64,000 bases of DNA. Origin: Schmidtea polychroa. Taxonomy: Eukaryota. Of this stretch, positions 63,431 through 64,000 are shown one piece after another. The stretch is from the NCBI GenBank assembly GCA_044892525.1, contig CM097886.1, positions 146,382,001 to 146,446,000 of the forward strand, read 5' to 3'. Numbering within the stretch: position 1 is the stretch's first letter; the number at the start of each line of letters is the position of its first letter. The notes under the pieces were generated by a model, which did not search any database, was not told where the DNA came from, and worked only from the letters and a program-made list of their open reading frames with translations. Both the position numbers and the translations under genes were made by a program.

Positions 63431-64000
63431 CTAATCCAAATATCTGCAGTTATTTATTTAATGATTTAACGTCATCCAAAAATCTTTATTTTATCAACAG
63501 TTAAAATAAAATTAAAAATTTAACTAATAGAAAAATGCAAGTCAAAATAAAAACAAATTTAATTACAAATTTATTTCAAGATACATTTAAATGTTTTCAA
63601 CTCTTTTCCACTGTTATCAATCCATATTCAGCCATTTTTGAATAATGAGCGCTGTAGCCCTCGGTAATTAGAAGATTAATAAATCTTTTCCGCCTATCTC
63701 TTTTATAAATCTCCTGTCTAATTGTTTCCAACAGTGGGTCTTCTAAATTCCAATCCCATCGACTTAGATTAACTCGATCCGCAATTATTTGCTTAACCTA
63801 AACATAATTTTTTATTATTTTCGAAATTTAAATTTTATATATTTACTTTGTTGATGTTGTTTTCAGAAAATCTCTTCAGAGAATCATTTTTTAAGTCATA
63901 GTAGTCTGGAATGGTTTCATAATTGATGCTGGGATCTGATTCAATGGGATTTTCATTGGATAAAGTTGTTACGTTATCTTTGATTAATTTGTTATTTGAA

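Overview
AT-rich eukaryotic DNA, probably from an animal with very short introns, made up almost entirely of nested and decayed transposable elements. These include Ty3/gypsy LTR remnants and solo LTRs, several hAT families, piggyBac, Tc1, Tigger/pogo, a Ginger/KRBA2-type integrase transposon and an R2/NeSL-type non-LTR fragment; there are two assembly gaps. One intact host gene can be reconstructed by hand: an OVCA2/FSH1-family serine hydrolase on the minus strand (8 exons, 208 aa, 39765-55507). It has six 41-53 nt introns and one 14,853 nt intron packed with TEs, all of whose orientable remnants are antisense to the gene. The most unusual feature is a cargo cassette (23.8-26.4 kb) directly upstream of a gypsy-type PPT and 3' LTR. 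It holds a small membrane protein, a ~372-codon ORF with a REX4/ISG20-like DEDDh exonuclease fold whose catalytic motifs look degenerate, and a ~250-codon Lys-rich ORF. Next to it lies a gag-only LTR element with a tRNA-Trp-like PBS and tandem PBS hairpins. All family assignments come from motif recognition by eye; no database search was run.
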